Part shown: one piece after another, positions 11,925-25,092 of the stretch
Position numbering within the stretch: position 1 is the stretch's first letter
How the letters are laid out: the number at the start of each line of letters is the position of its first letter
Source: Anthoceros angustus
Lineage: Eukaryota > Plantae > Anthocerotophyta
NCBI GenBank assembly: GCA_010909165.1
Contig: MU008176.1
Location: 62,001-126,000 of the forward strand
Length of the DNA: 64,000 nt
Reading direction: 5' to 3'
Notes under the pieces: model-generated
Database searches by the model: none
Told to the model about the DNA's origin: nothing
The model's input: only the letters and a program-made list of their open reading frames with translations
Made by a program: the position numbers and the translations under genes

Positions 11925-13011
11925 CGCACACAGTGGCTGCTGATGGAAGAAATGACAGACGATCGAAGCGAGGGGAAATTCTGCTATTTCTACCGAGATC
12001 TTAGTCAAGGGAGTTATGGAGGGGATGTAGCCTGTCTCCAACAACACCTGAGGCATGAGGTTCTCTCTCATTCTCTTATGGTTCCCCTTTCTTTTTGGCC
12101 TTTTCTCTCTTGGGATACAAAGGGCTGAGTCTGTTAGCTGTTGAACGCCAGGGCTACCTGACGGAGGAGCCTTCAGGATTTTTTGGACCCGTAACTGAAG
12201 ACGCTGTGAGCAGGTGGCAGGTACTGCATTCGTTTCCTCTTGTTTAATGGGATCTTTGCTGTGGTTTACGTGCATGCTCTCAGTAATGTGAAGATGAAGT
12301 GACAGACGAAATGGTTGTTTTGACTTGCTTACATCGAAGTGCACAGACGTCCAACAATCTACCGTCAGCAAGGGGAAAATACGGCTATGTATCGAGATCA
12401 TTCTACGCCAAGAAGTTCAGGCTCCCTACGATGGAGCAACTTCGAGGTGCAGAAGCACAAGCTAAGGTGCTCAGCAAGACCATTGTGTGGCGAAGGCTAA
12501 CGACAACTTATTCAACTTTGCTGTGGAGGATCCATGAAGTTGACCACTTTTTCGTTTGCTCTATCCTTTAGGCACAATCGTCTAAGAAGGTAGTGAATGT
12601 CTGCCTGGAAGTGGAGGATGTGGAATGCTGCCAGAACCGAAGGATAAGGTACTCTTTCGCTATGATAAGAATCACATTATTTTTGAAAAACGAGATTTTC
12701 TTTCTAACGTCTGTTCTTGTCGACAGAGAAGACGCTTCAAATGAGGATAAGTTTCATCTGTGCCAGGAAGCATGTCAAGTAGCAGCTGCTGAGGCGTGCG
12801 ACAGGGTATGTTTAGATTTAGTGTTCCTTTAAATCACCAGCCATCCTTTTTCCTGTGCACAAGCCAATCAATTATCTTTTGGATGTATCAGGCCTATCCA
12901 ACCACTCAAGTTGACAAGTACAAGCGATGCCTGTCGCTTATCGCCAGGCAGTGCAGAAGTACTTGTGAACAGACTGTATGGCCCAAGGAAGACCAAAGTT
13001 TACAGAAATAG
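11925..13011 (+). CDS. Protein with a peptidoglycan-binding domain (PG_binding_1-like) and a Cys-rich C-terminus; 5' exons unresolved (possible ATG at 11151)
   Basis: Six phase-consistent GT-AG exons: 11925-12059, 12152-12220, 12347-12466, 12572-12648, 12727-12805 and 12892-13011. They give RDLSQGSYGGDVACLQQHLRHEGYLTEEPSGFFGPVTEDAVSRWQTSNNLP, matching the PG_binding_1 consensus pattern, then CQEACQVAAAEACDR...CLSLIARQCRSTC. Confidence 0.85.
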
Positions 13012-13199
13012 AGCCAACCCCACCGGATGGGATGTATATAACAGGACTCAGATGCTATTCAATCGGGATCACATCTGCAATTTGGTCCATCCCAATTAAA
13101 TGTCCTGATTTACCATATACTCCAAACTTAAAACTTTGCCTCATCTTGTTTAATCGAGACAGGTGGCCGCGAAGAGCAAAATTGGCTCTAGCTATCACA

Positions 13200-15021
13200 T
13201 CAGGACGACTGCGCCTGAGGCAGAAGGTCATAGGAAATAAGATCTGCAGGACCTGTATTGGGGGCTGGATCAATCTCTGCACCGTAGGCGTGGATCCTAT
13301 TGAACCGCCAGTAGCTGTCCGGAAGTTGCCCAGAAAACCAGTCTTTAAAATCGTCATGTCTTTGGGCAACCTCTGACACAGAGAAGTAGTTGATGGGAAA
13401 TTGCTCTCCTGTCATCAGTCCTTCAGTTCTCCTTTGAATCTTCTTGTACTGCATCAAAGGCGCAATTAGTCAATGAGTGTTTCTTGCTTCGCAGGACGTC
13501 CATATCCACATCATGTACAAGTAAGGTATGTTGCTTACCAACAAAAAGCCCATCACCTTCTCCACAAATGTGTCCTCAGGAATGTTGACAGACTCGGGAT
13601 AAATACGACCACAGATCACTCTATGCCTGCCATATGAAGACAGAAAGCGAAGCTTGATTGGTGATCCAAACCAGGTGATGGATGATACTCACGTTTTCAT
13701 GCAGCAGCAACAGCAGTCTCACTGACCCAAGCCAGGCTCACCTAGTTTCCTTATCGTCCTTGTTAACCAGAATGTCATACATCCAGCCCCCATTGGTCTT
13801 GTACTTGGCCTCAAACACTATCTCAAACTCGACAACCTCGCCATCCGGGGCTGTCAAAGAAACTTGCCGCCTCTTGGCTGCCTGCTCAGCTTCTGCTTCG
13901 GCAGCACTTGCAAGCTCTTCTTCTGTGGGGCCTTTGGCCTGGTGCAACCATGGATTCACTTCCAGCAAGTCAGATCACCTCCACCTCCTCAAGCTACCTG
14001 GACTGCAGCACAGGAAGCCACCAGAGAGGGCAACATTACCGGGAGCACATCAACCAGACCCTGCTCCAACAGCACAGGATCGAACTCCATCTGCACCAGA
14101 CACGGCGGATTCACACTGTAAGTGACCTTCTTTCTCCAACCCACCACCCATCACCAGCTCCCTCAGCCTCGAGAATGCAATGCCTCACCGTCTCCTTCAG
14201 ACCCCTGTCCGCCAGAATCTGCAGCACAGTCTTGGCCTTGGACTTCCCCGCCGCCACCTTCCCCCTCTCCGAAATAGACCCAGCGTCCGCCGGCTTCTCC
14301 CACAGACTCCGCTGCGTGGGATCCTTGTTCCCAGTCGGCGGCAACCCCAGCTCCGAAAACCACTGCCACACCGCCACCATACCCTTGGATCAACCCCACA
14401 TTCCCCAACAAACCTGTGCCACCCAACACCCGGCCCACCCACCTGCTGCCTGATATTAAGCATCTGCTGCTGGTCCAGCGCCGGCAGATTGCACAGCTTG
14501 TAGAAATAGCAGAGCTCCGGGCGCCGGCACAGCAGCGTCCTCAACGAATTCCTCACATCCTTAGAGAACCCGATGTACTGAATCTTCTTGTTCTGATCAT
14601 ACACAGCGAAAACAGTCGCCGCAGTGTTCCCCTCCACCGGCGGCTGCACCCGTCCTTGCCCATTTATGTAGTTCACCAATGGCAGGATACTCAAGGCGGG
14701 AATGGCCGCCTCCTCGGCCATCGCCACCACATGCAATGCACGGTGCCTCCCCCTCGCCCCCGCCGATTCCATTCGCTGAGTCGCGACTCGACTCGCGCCG
14801 CTCGCCCTTCTGAGGCCATTGAAGCCCGCGAATGAGGAGAATCGCTGCGGCGAGCTCGTGGAAGCTGCAGTCTCGCTGGCTCGGGAAGGAGAGGCCGAGC
14901 CGACGCGCGCGCACCAAGCTCCCTGCAAGGAAGCAACACAGAGACGTACTTTGAGACGAGACAAGACGTGAGACGCGCGATTCGTTCACGACCCGAGAAG
15001 GAGGCTCACCGCTGCGGCCAT
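13200..15021 (-). CDS. Probable plastid-targeted GIY-YIG-like domain protein (domain similar to the N-terminus of AtGrxS16), ~7 exons
   Basis: Exon 1 MAAA (15021-15010, GTGAG donor). Exon 2 (14922-14443) has a Ser/Ala/Arg-rich transit peptide and TVFAVYDQNKKIQYIGFSKDVRNSLRTLLCRRPELC. Further exons at 14362-14189, 14090-14040, ~13990-13743, ~13635-13540 and ~13448-13200. There is an apparent indel near 13975. Confidence 0.85.
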
Positions 15022-16027
15022 AGCTAGAGTAGGAAAGGTGGAAAGTTGGGAAGTTTCACGATCGAGAAACGGGGCTCGGGAGGGATATTTTGTACGCGGA
15101 GCAGACACAGGATAAGATACGCAATTAAAAAATCTTGGTGGCCCGTCCGTGAGGCTCGGGGGGAGGTTCGGGCCGGGGCTGCTCGCGCGCAGGGCAGGGC
15201 AGGGCAGGGCTGCAGCCTGCAGGACAAGGTCCAGCGTTTCTTCCTCCGCCAGTGCCCTGTGCCCTCGCCACCTCTCTTGCCCGCCTGCCCAGCCCGCCGG
15301 CTGCGTCTTTGCGGTCGCGCGGCTTTCTTCACGCTCTGCTCTCCCGCCCTAGCCGGCGCTGCCGCTGCACACGCGCGTGCGGCTCTGCATCGCGCCAGCT
15401 TGACCCAGTCTGTTCAGGTGAGCAGACGCCGCTCTTTCCCGTTTCCATCGGGGTTTGATCCGTCCGCGCCGTTCTTTCTTTGCTGGCCGCCGCGGTGGTA
15501 AGGGTTTCTGGCGTCTGGGGTGGTAGATGAGGGCTTGGTTAGATGCGTTGTCTATCGGTGGTTTGGTGTAGGTTTTGTGTCTTTTGATGGTGGTGAGGTT
15601 GATGAGGTTCTTGTGGCTGCGGAGGGTTGTGCGGCGGCTGTGAGTGTTGAGGTTGGGGTTAGGGTGTGTGGGTGCTGTCGATGCTGTCGATGCGCCTTGT
15701 TGTCTCGGGTTTGGTGTAGCGGTTTGGTTTACCTGCAGCGGTTGTAGAAAGTCTTTTTCGTGTCTTGCAGTGTGGTGGCTCATTTGCGGATTGGTTGCCC
15801 GTTTTCAAGGTCTGCTTTTGTATGTGGTTGCACTCGACGCTTGTTTATGCTCTAGTCAGTTTGTTGCCATGCTTAACGGGTAAGGTTGTTCTTTGGTTTC
15901 CTGTTTAGGTTGCTCGTTGTGGGGTTTTGGAAGTAGTGTTGTTACTTTCGAGGTGGTTGCCTGCTATTTCAGTACACAGCTGTGAATTATGCCCTAGTCG
16001 CGGACATCTTTTTGCAGGCTGGATTCG

Positions 16028-17045
16028 ATGGCGGCCACGGAGGAGTTCCGCTGCTTTGTTGGCGGATTGTCGTGGGATACCAATGATAGGGCGCTGGAAG
16101 ATGCTTTTCGGCCATACGGAACTGTCTCTGAAGCCAAGGTGATGTCTCTCTTTGGCTTGTGTTGTTGATTTAACATGTTTGTTTATGGTGAAGCGTTGTG
16201 GCTGCTGTGAAGATTCTTGTATTCGCTGATTTTTTTTGTCCTCTCGAAGGAGAGGGTTGGTTCTGGTTGGATGTAACAGTCTCGCTCTATGGTCGCGGTG
16301 ATTTCTGGCCATGTGTCTCCTTCTTGAATAATAGCTATTGTGATTGCTGAATTCTTGCTGTCTTTGGCAGGTTGTGGTAGACAGGGACACTGGGCGCTCG
16401 CGAGGATTTGGCTTTGTGACCTTTGGGGATGAGCGTGCTATGGATGAGGCTATTGAGCGTATGCATGGCAAGGATTTGGATGGCCGTCCCATTACTGTGA
16501 ACAAGGCTCAACCCAAAACTGGAGGAAGTGGTGGGGGCGATCGGGGATATGGAGGTGGAGGTGGTTACAATGGTGGTGGTAAGAGCTATGGAGGTGGAGG
16601 AGGCGGAAGTGGAGGTAGTGGTGACTGCTTCAAATGTGGACAGCCAGGCCATTGGGCCCGGGAGTGCCCATCCAGTGGAGGCGGTGGTAGTGGGGGCAGA
16701 TACTCTGGTGACCGCTATGGCAGCAGCCGCAGTGACCGCTATGGTGGCAGTGACCGCTATGGAAGCGGCGGTGGAAGCTATGGTGGCAGCCGCTATGGAA
16801 GTGAACGTAGTGAGCGGTCTTCAGATCGGCACAATGGTGGGGATCGCTATGGCAGTGGTGGTGGTGGCCGCTCAAGCTCAGCCCGAGAAGGAGGAGGCCG
16901 TGGTGGAGGAAGCAGTGATCGCTACAGTGGTGGTGGCCCCTCCCGGTACGAGGGAGGAAGCCACCGGGACCGCTCTGGTCCCTATGACCGTCCAAGTGCC
17001 ACGACTGGTGGAGGAAGCCGTTCTTCTTATGATGACCGATACTGA
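16028..17045 (+). CDS. RZ-1: RZ-1-type glycine-rich RNA-binding protein (RRM + CCHC zinc knuckle + Gly/Ser/Arg/Asp-rich tail)
   Basis: Exon 1 16028-16138 ([14 protein letters not shown]2), intron 16139-16370, exon 2 16371-17045 with RGFGFVTF (RNP1), [14 protein letters not shown] and a DRYG-rich tail. There is also a 5'UTR intron from ~15418 to 16017. Confidence 0.93.
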
Positions 17046-18884
17046 TCAGGCACCGTGCTTGTCTGATGTGGTGATCAGTTTTCACTGCCCGCACATCTTT
17101 AGAGTTTTCTATGTGAATGTTTATACTCCCAGTTTCAGCAGCTGCTGGTTTGCTAATGACCTTGTGAAACTGTCACAATTTTGGACGTGGAGGCTCAGTC
17201 ATCAGGTCTCTCTCTGATATGGCACTCTATTGTTCTGGACGACAGATAACTCTAATGGCTACGTGTATGAGATTATAATTCGTGAACTAGCTCGAAGGGA
17301 CAATTAATGGCTGGGATCTGAAAGAGTATTTGGAGGGAGCATTTCATTTTTTGCATTCTGGGGTGGATATATATGAATTCTTTATGCTTGGTGTTCTCTT
17401 GAGCAAGATAGAAGACTGATGGTTCTGAGGAGCTATTCACACAAATCTTCCCTTGGGTACCGTTTTGTTTCAAAGGCTTCTGTGACTGGTGGGAATGTTT
17501 CTCAAGGCTGTATAGTGGAGGATCTCGAACCTAGACTGACCGATACCAAGAGGGTTTTGTGTTCTTCAAAGACCTTGGGGACTCAGTGAACTCAATCTCC
17601 GGACCAGAACCTCCTTGTCTGTCTGCATTCGGCTGTTTTTTTTGGCATCTGGCGTTTGAGATGGAAGCAGGCTGCTACCTGTGTTGCCTTCATAGTTCTA
17701 CTATCGTGTTGGTAAATCCGGAGGGCTATGCCAAGGAGGGGAAGTTTGTCTGTGCAGTAATTTGTGAACTATCTTACTGCTTTGGGCACTTGATGAGGAT
17801 GATGGATCTGCCTTGGGGCTCCTTTAGTGTGAGGTAAGTGACATCCGGCCCTGGATCCTGTTGTTCATAACTCTCAGAGCTCGTTCTCACGGCTGATCTC
17901 GACACCGCTTTAAGTGCTAACAGCTTGCCTCGTGACATCGTTTTGGTGCATTTTGCTGTTGCCTGCTTGGTAAGTTTCCCTTGTAGATTAGACACTGTTT
18001 TTATGTCATTTTGAACCTTGCTTAGCTGACTAATTAGCCATCTTCTGACCCGGCAGGTGTGCTCATGGTATTTGTTTTGTCACCTAGATTTTGTTAGGTT
18101 GTTGGTTACAATTTTTGCAGTATGTGGAATATGCTAGACGAAAGTACTTCGTGAGCATGGTGAAACTTGAGATTAAACAGAGTGCGCTTGCCCCCGTACA
18201 TAGTGCTGGTATGTGGCCACTGGAGCCTGCTGATGCAAGCCATGCTGTGGGAGGGGCGCCAGGTATTCTGGGCCCCTTATTCCGCTCACAAGTCACAACT
18301 GCAGCTAGACACGGTGTCCTTGTTTGCTCTCGAGGAGAAACTGTTCTTTGAAATCGCAACGAGGCTCGGTGACGTTGGAGGACGGTGGTTTTTTTTAGTG
18401 AGGACAGCAAAAATTGTCCATGGGCCTTTTTTCGTAATATTCAACACCCGTGAGTCTGATTTGGTGATCATGTTCCCTGCATCCCAATGTGTTTTCCTTT
18501 CAGTAGTAAGTGAGTACCTATATGTATAGATCGTGATGTACACACCCGATTCGTTCATATTTACTACTGAATATACTTGCGCGGAGTTTGTGTCGATGGG
18601 GCAATGACTTTAGTTTACAGGGCTAATTGTCAATTTATGCCACCGCCTGCGCTAAGGTGTTTCTTGTGACACAAAACCTTTGTACTCATTACCCTCTTCT
18701 AAAGCATCCTAGAACACTAGCACCAGGCTTGATAACAGGGTCACTAGGCTTGAGGCTAGTACTAGGCTTCACTAGGCTTGAGGCTAGTACTAGGCTTGAG
18801 GCCTTCACCGTCTCCATCAATGCACTTAAAACTGGCAAAATAAGGAATGGCTGCGATCGGAGCCCTAGACCCACGCCCCTCTGA

Positions 18885-19195
18885 CTTCCGAGCGGAAGGC
18901 GCGGTCCTGCTGTCCATCACTTATGATGGGCGGGAAGGCGCAGTCCTCGGCCGCTGTCCATCACTTATGATGGGCGGGAAGGCGCAGTCCTCGGCCGCTG
19001 TCCATCATTTATGATGGGCGGAAGGCGCGATCCTGCCAGCATCATTTATGATGGGCGGAAGGCGATCTTGACCCGCATCCATCATTTATGATGGGCCCAA
19101 AAAACACGTGACGGGACGCCGGGGTTTTGAGTCCGGACACGGTCTCACTAATGGAAATCCCGGTATCCGGACACGGTCTCACTAATGGAAATCCT
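18885..19195. repeat. ~40-44 bp tandem repeats containing the palindrome CCATCA-(C/T)TTA-TGATGG x5, followed by a ~30 bp direct repeat x2
   Basis: Copies at ~18914, 18958, 19002, 19041 and 19079. CCGGACACGGTCTCACTAATGGAAATCC occurs twice at ~19133-19195. Confidence 0.85.
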
Positions 19196-19392
19196 GGTAT
19201 GTTTATAATGCCTATAATGCAGTTGCCACCTATAAAAGGGGACACTCTCTCCATATGCTCATACTCTCATGTTATGTGGTTGTTCTATGTCTTTCGGGTT
19301 GTATTGTTGTTTTGTGAGGTTTTCGGTGGAGTGCTCCTCTGTCTTTGTAGTTTTAGTTAGGTATTTAATTAATTTATGATTTTGATTATAAT

Positions 19393-20091
19393 TTGGGTAG
19401 TTTAATCATTATGGATAGATTATTTCATTATATTTTGTCAACTATGATGCGATCCACTCCTCCGCTTAGGCAATCTTTTCCCCCTTATGATTCCTCTGTA
19501 ATTTACTCTGTGTTTGTTGTCATTTTCTTATCCATGATGAAGGCAGCCATTGAAGAGGAGGTCACATGGTCCAAGCAGAAGCTATGGTGGAAATATCCTC
19601 GGCAAATAGCACTATGGAGGGATGTCCACATGAATGCTTGGCATGCAGATGGAATAGCCGTTCATGATGCTCAATGGCGGTTTGCATATAGAATGTCCTA
19701 CCCCAATTTTATGGCTTTGGTAAATCTACTACGACCTCACATTGTTTTTGCTTCTCTACGCCAACCTCTTCATTTAGATCATGCAGTTACCATGGTGCTT
19801 CATCGACTTGCTCGAGGTTTGTCACCTCACATTATTGCTGACATGTATGGAGTTGGTGCAGGTACTGTGATGCAGTACACTTTATATATCACAGAAGTGC
19901 TAAGCAATCCAGAGAAATTGTTCTCGCAATTTGTCGCATGGCCGTCTGGTCACAGGCAACAGGTCATTTCTACCAAGTTTCAAGATCTTGCAGGATTGTC
20001 TAACATGGTGGGGTGCATTGATGGGTCACACATCAAGTTAGCAGCACAACCAGACAAGAATGATAACCCGGTTGCCTACTAGTGTAGACAT
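19393..20091 (+). mobile_element. PIF/Harbinger (HARBI1-like, DDE_Tnp_4) transposase, 3'-truncated
   Basis: Contains FAYRMSYPNFMALVNLLRPHI, VLHRLARGLSPHIIADMYGVG and VGCIDGSHIKL. The frame hits TAG at 20080 and homology stops at ~20091. Confidence 0.88.
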
Positions 20092-22399
20092 GTGTGGATA
20101 AGGGAAGGACGTTTGACTCCCCCTTAGGAACGGTTAATGGGAGTTTTTTTTGTTTTATTTAAGTTTGGTGTGAAGAATAAGGCGGCATACGAAGGAAATA
20201 ATATAGCATGCATGGCTTCTTAATTATATTAGGCCATTTTGTGAAAAATGCCAGCTATGTGGTTTCTGAAGTTCTTTATCTTTTGTGTTAACCTATTAAT
20301 TCTAGAATAATGGAGGAGTAGTACCCTCATCAGAAGTTTTTTTAAGAGCCTATACTCGCCCAGATCTGTCATAAGCTACCGTCTAAGCTACTTACATGGC
20401 AACAATCCACATTCAAAAATGTTGGCCTGAGAAGCCAACGCATACTAGCCGATTCCGCAGATCCACAAGCCGGGCAAACTAAGTTGCTGCTGACTAGATG
20501 GAAAAATCTAAAAACTGCCATGCTCAAAACTAATTCGGATTTTGTGGCCTTCGTTTGCCATTCTTGTCCGCCCCCGGCTCAGTGCCTACTGGATATCCAC
20601 GATTGGAGTAAAACATCAATCGGGCATGCTAGGGCATGTGGGGCAAACTTAAATGCAAATGCATTTCCGGCCACAATTGCAGATTCTGGAACACCAAAGT
20701 TTGGGGCCACAGTTCGTGGAGAAGCCGGTGCCTCGGGTTTCTGTTCTAAATAGTTCGATTTTCTTTTTCTTTCTTTCCTTTCTTTTGTTTTCTTCTCCAC
20801 TGTCGCAACTATACCAAGAGAAAGGTGGCGACGCGGAGAGAGAAGTTGGCAGGACGCGGAAACGGGAGGACAAGGTGTCCGTCCTTCGGCAAGATGGGCT
20901 AAGGACGGAGAGGAGCCGGACCTGGAGGTCCAATGGCTATTCCGAACGAAGGACCGATGCAGGAGGGTCGGCGAGTTTTGCATGAGGGGATGGATTCACT
21001 GAATCCCAGACCTAGACCTTCGAGGTTTGGTACCAGACCTGGCTAGTGGCGGCGCCCATTCGCATCCCGACCGAAGGCCATCTCCCTCGCATGCGAAAGT
21101 AAACACGGCCGACCAAGCGGGCGGTTTATACCGCGCCACGACCCGATTAGCGGTTGAGCGCAAGTCGAGGGCTGGTGGAGGCGCATGTAGTGGAGAAAGG
21201 GAAAATTCTCCTTGGAATTTGGAGGTTGCAGGGGAGTCGATCATCCGGCCTTGGACTATGATTCTCAGCGAATTCTGCTAGGCTGAAAAGTTTGGCTGGT
21301 ATCGGACATCTTTTAGGGTTGTGACGCGACGGCTGACTGCCTCTCTAGCACTTGATTGCTGTTGGCCAGAGATTGTTTTATTCCCTGGGATTTTGGCTGG
21401 GTACTTTTCTTTCCTTGGCCTTTGGGAGTTTTTGAATTACGTGCGCCAGTATATAAGAAGGGAACACTACTACATAATGCAATGAAATATGAGGCGATTA
21501 TGACACGGCACGCCACAGGATGTTCTTTAGACATCTATTTATGACAATACACACTAGCCGTGATAATCCATAAAAGATACCCAAGGCCTTGTCTTAAGTC
21601 ATGACATTTCCACTCTTGTTGTCCCGTGGTTATCCCCAGACCAGTTGCCAAACTCTGGTAGAGGGTGCACCTGTTCGGTATCCCAATGGGTGCCATGCTC
21701 AGTTGGAGAGTGCCAACACCTATGGGATATTCTAGTGTCCTGTGGCAGATTTTGCGGACAGCCTAGTGACGGGATATGGAAAGTTTACGTTGCGCTTGTT
21801 TGCTGGCCGGCGTGAAGTCCGTTTGTGTCCGTCTGGGCCGTGACGGACGTCCGTTGAGGCACAAACTCTTTGCGTGGCCGTTCTAACGGCTACCAATGTG
21901 GGTTTACAACGGGGTGACCCCTGCTTGCCGGGATAGAGCCATTCTTGCAAAGGCAAGCCACTCCACAAATCGGTCGAGATGGAGCCTCCCCGCTCTAACC
22001 AACAGATCCCACGAGTGCTTTGAATGCCGGGTTGTCAGGAGCACCTGCGAATCCGGTGACATCTGCAAGACATAGCGGGTCATGGATACGGGCGGAGGTA
22101 GGGCCTCACCCAATTCGTGCTCAAATTTTGGATGGATTCTCTCCATAATGAACCCAAGCTGAATGTGATTGTCACAGCACGGCCGACTTCATTGACTGGA
22201 CAAGTCTCCTATCGCTAGGTGATGCTGCCTGAGCACCCAGATGGCCACCGTCCTACCACTGCCTCTACCATTTCAGCACGGGTCCGAGGAGGTTCCAATA
22301 CCCCCCCCCAAATTTCAGTGCGGCTATGGGGGATCATGACCCCATGGTTGGGAATGTGTGTAATGGCCACGACGCAAGAGTTCCTCCCCACCTGTTCGA

Positions 22400-24450
22400 C
22401 GGGGAAATGGGAGATCATGGCACCCCCATTGGGCAGGAGGCGCGTATGGCCCAAAGGCGTTTACCGTCATGGGAGTTCCATCTCTAAGGGCCAGCCTTGA
22501 AGAGGCTGCGAGACCCGCGCTTTGGAAGATTGAAGGGTGTGAGCAATCCGTCCACACTAGACTGTCCGTCGTGTTGGCCCTCCTCACCATCCAAGACCGC
22601 TACAAGGTATCTGATGTCGGAATGATCGCACTTTTTGGGGCTCTGGAGGCAATCCTACTGGAGAACTCCTATGCCCTTCAGTCCGTGTAAATAAGAATAT
22701 GCCTCAGATGGGCAAACTTGCATCTGCATTGACGTTTGTGTGGGAAATTGCCTTCTTTTTTGGGGGGCTCGCAATAAAGACATTGTTTGTGCTCCGGAGA
22801 ACCCGCTATCGACAGTGCAACGGGCAGTCGTAAAGACTATGTTCTACTCCCGGGCTTACGGGCGCCTCTTCGAATGTTTGCTTGCCCAAGCATAGCGATG
22901 TACATGGTGGAAGACCCACGTGAGCACCAGCCAGCTTCAATCATGGCGTATAATGCTTGGAAGGCACTCGACGGGTCGAGGGTTTTGGCATAGAGGACCG
23001 GAACATTTGGTTTGGCATCTCAACGGACGGCTTCAATCCGTCGGGGCATCGTTCTTCATCATATTTTATCTGGCCTGTTCTTCTTTTGATCCATAATCTC
23101 CCGCCTTGGCTTACCACAAAGAGGCATAGAATTCTCATGCCAATCATTATACCCGGTCCCAAACAAGTCAAGAATATGGATGTGTACTTGGGTCCATTGA
23201 TAGAGGAACTTGCGACCTTGTGGGCAGGTGTCCCGGTAGTGGATCACTCAAACCCGGGACACTTTTTTGTCCTCAGGGCTGCCTTGCTCCATGCCACATG
23301 TGATTACCAAGGTCTTGGAGCCCTATTCGGGCTCCAAATTCGAGGATACCGATGTTGTATTGATTGTGGGCAGGAGTTACAGTCGCGGTGTTCCACCGCC
23401 TTGGAAAAGATTATTGTTGAAGGACACCCCAGGTGGTGCACTAACGATCAAGATCCACGCCGTGGCGAACATGTTGAGTTCTTCAACAATAGTAGTCAGA
23501 TGAGACCCCTGCCGCTTGAAGTGTATGTCCCTGCTGTCATGGCCGAAATGGATGATTAGGCGAACGCCCCTCCGGGGGAGCGACAAAATGCCAGGGCATG
23601 GGGCGTGAAATGAATGTCCGCTATTTTGCAGAATTTGCCATACCTGGCAAATATACCCAAATTGTGGTTGAAGGATGATGCATGTGAGGTGAATAAGCGC
23701 CATTTTGGAAGATGAACGGGCAATGGGACACCCACAATGCAAGGTTGATCGTGAATTTATACCCAAACCCTGGTCATATCGGTATGGACGATAAGGGGGA
23801 AGCTCATCTACCGGACGCTTCCTATACACTATCCAAGGATGCCATCCAATTTGTCAAAGATGAGCTCGACCAGATCAGGCCTCCAACAAGGTTTGGGTGT
23901 CACATCGGCGCATGTTTACGAGGCCTAAAAGTTTGTGGCCTCAAAAGCCACGCGCCTTTGCTCATGATTTTCTTCCCAATGCAACTACTTATTAGGCCCG
24001 GAGTATGACAGTTTCGTTCGGTTAAGCTCCATTTATCGCTGGATTTGCCAAAAGGCAATCAAACCTGAGGAGATTCCAATCATGAAGGCGAAGCTGACAA
24101 GCATAGTCATCGACCTCGAGTGATATTACCCTTCAAATCTGTGGAATACTATGTAGCATTTGTTTATTCACCTTATTGACGAGGTCCAGACGCACGGCAC
24201 CGTGCACGCCCGGTGGATGTACCCTATCGAGCGCCACATCCATGTACTTACAAATCCACCATACGCCACCGGAGGGCAGTACACATCTTGTGTTCGTTTG
24301 GCAACGGAGAGCTGCTTGTAGCCCGAAACCCGGACCAAGCTCACATTTTCCACCAAATGGCGGGCAAGCGGTACAATCGCAAAGCCAAACCAAAGCGGGT
24401 CATCGGGTACGAGATAAAATGGTTGCATTGGCACTTCTTGTTGCATTGAT
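22400..24450 (+). mobile_element. CACTA/En-Spm Tnp2 transposase pseudogene (Transposase_21 core and DUF4218-like motif)
   Basis: RNIWFGISTDGFNP...WPVLLLIHNLPPW...IIPGPKQVKNMDVYLGPLIEEL (22957-23559), and HLIDEVQTHGTVHARWMYPIER near 24170-24240. Multiple stops and frameshifts. Confidence 0.9.
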
Positions 24451-25092
24451 GCACGGAGCCACCATGGAGTTCCTTAAGTGTAGACACCCTCGTGCTACAT
24501 TTCTAACATGGCTAGAATCTAGTATTCGGCACGAGGAATGGTCCCATCTTTCCAGAGCACGTCAGCGCTCATCCGGGCCTCGACGCTCGTTTCATTTTTC
24601 GGGGGAAATTGGAATTCTAGAGAGAAATTGACCATATTGGTCATTTTTTTACTGAATTCAGTAAAAATTATTACAAGTGAGTAGAAAACAATGCCATGTA
24701 GGGTAAAAATAATCCACCATCCATGTTGAAACCATAGCAGTAAGGTAGAAAAAAATAGCCACCAAGTGAATACCAGGTACATCTAGATAGAAGCTCATTC
24801 TAGAAATCCCACCAAATCGCTAAATCTGGCAGGTAAAACATATCCAGTTAAATACCATTCATGCGGATCCAGGATATACAAAAAACCAATAAAGAATTCT
24901 TTTCTTTGCAGAGTTTCCAGTATATCCAGAATGGCATGAATTACAAAATTAAATAATGTAGAGTAAATACCAGATAAGACTGATCCTTGCCACTGCCTCA
25001 AAAGCCTGCATAAACAACATAAATTAATAATTTAGAGGCACATTGATAACAGTAAGAAAAAACATCCAGATACTTAAGCAATAACAATCACC

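Noticed and set aside
17500-18560. Several short minus-strand ORFs with possible splice signals
   Set aside because: There is no recognisable domain and I could not build a consistent exon chain.
21552-21570. CACTAG as the left terminus of the CACTA element
   Set aside because: No matching inverted end, 3 bp TSD or subterminal repeats were found.
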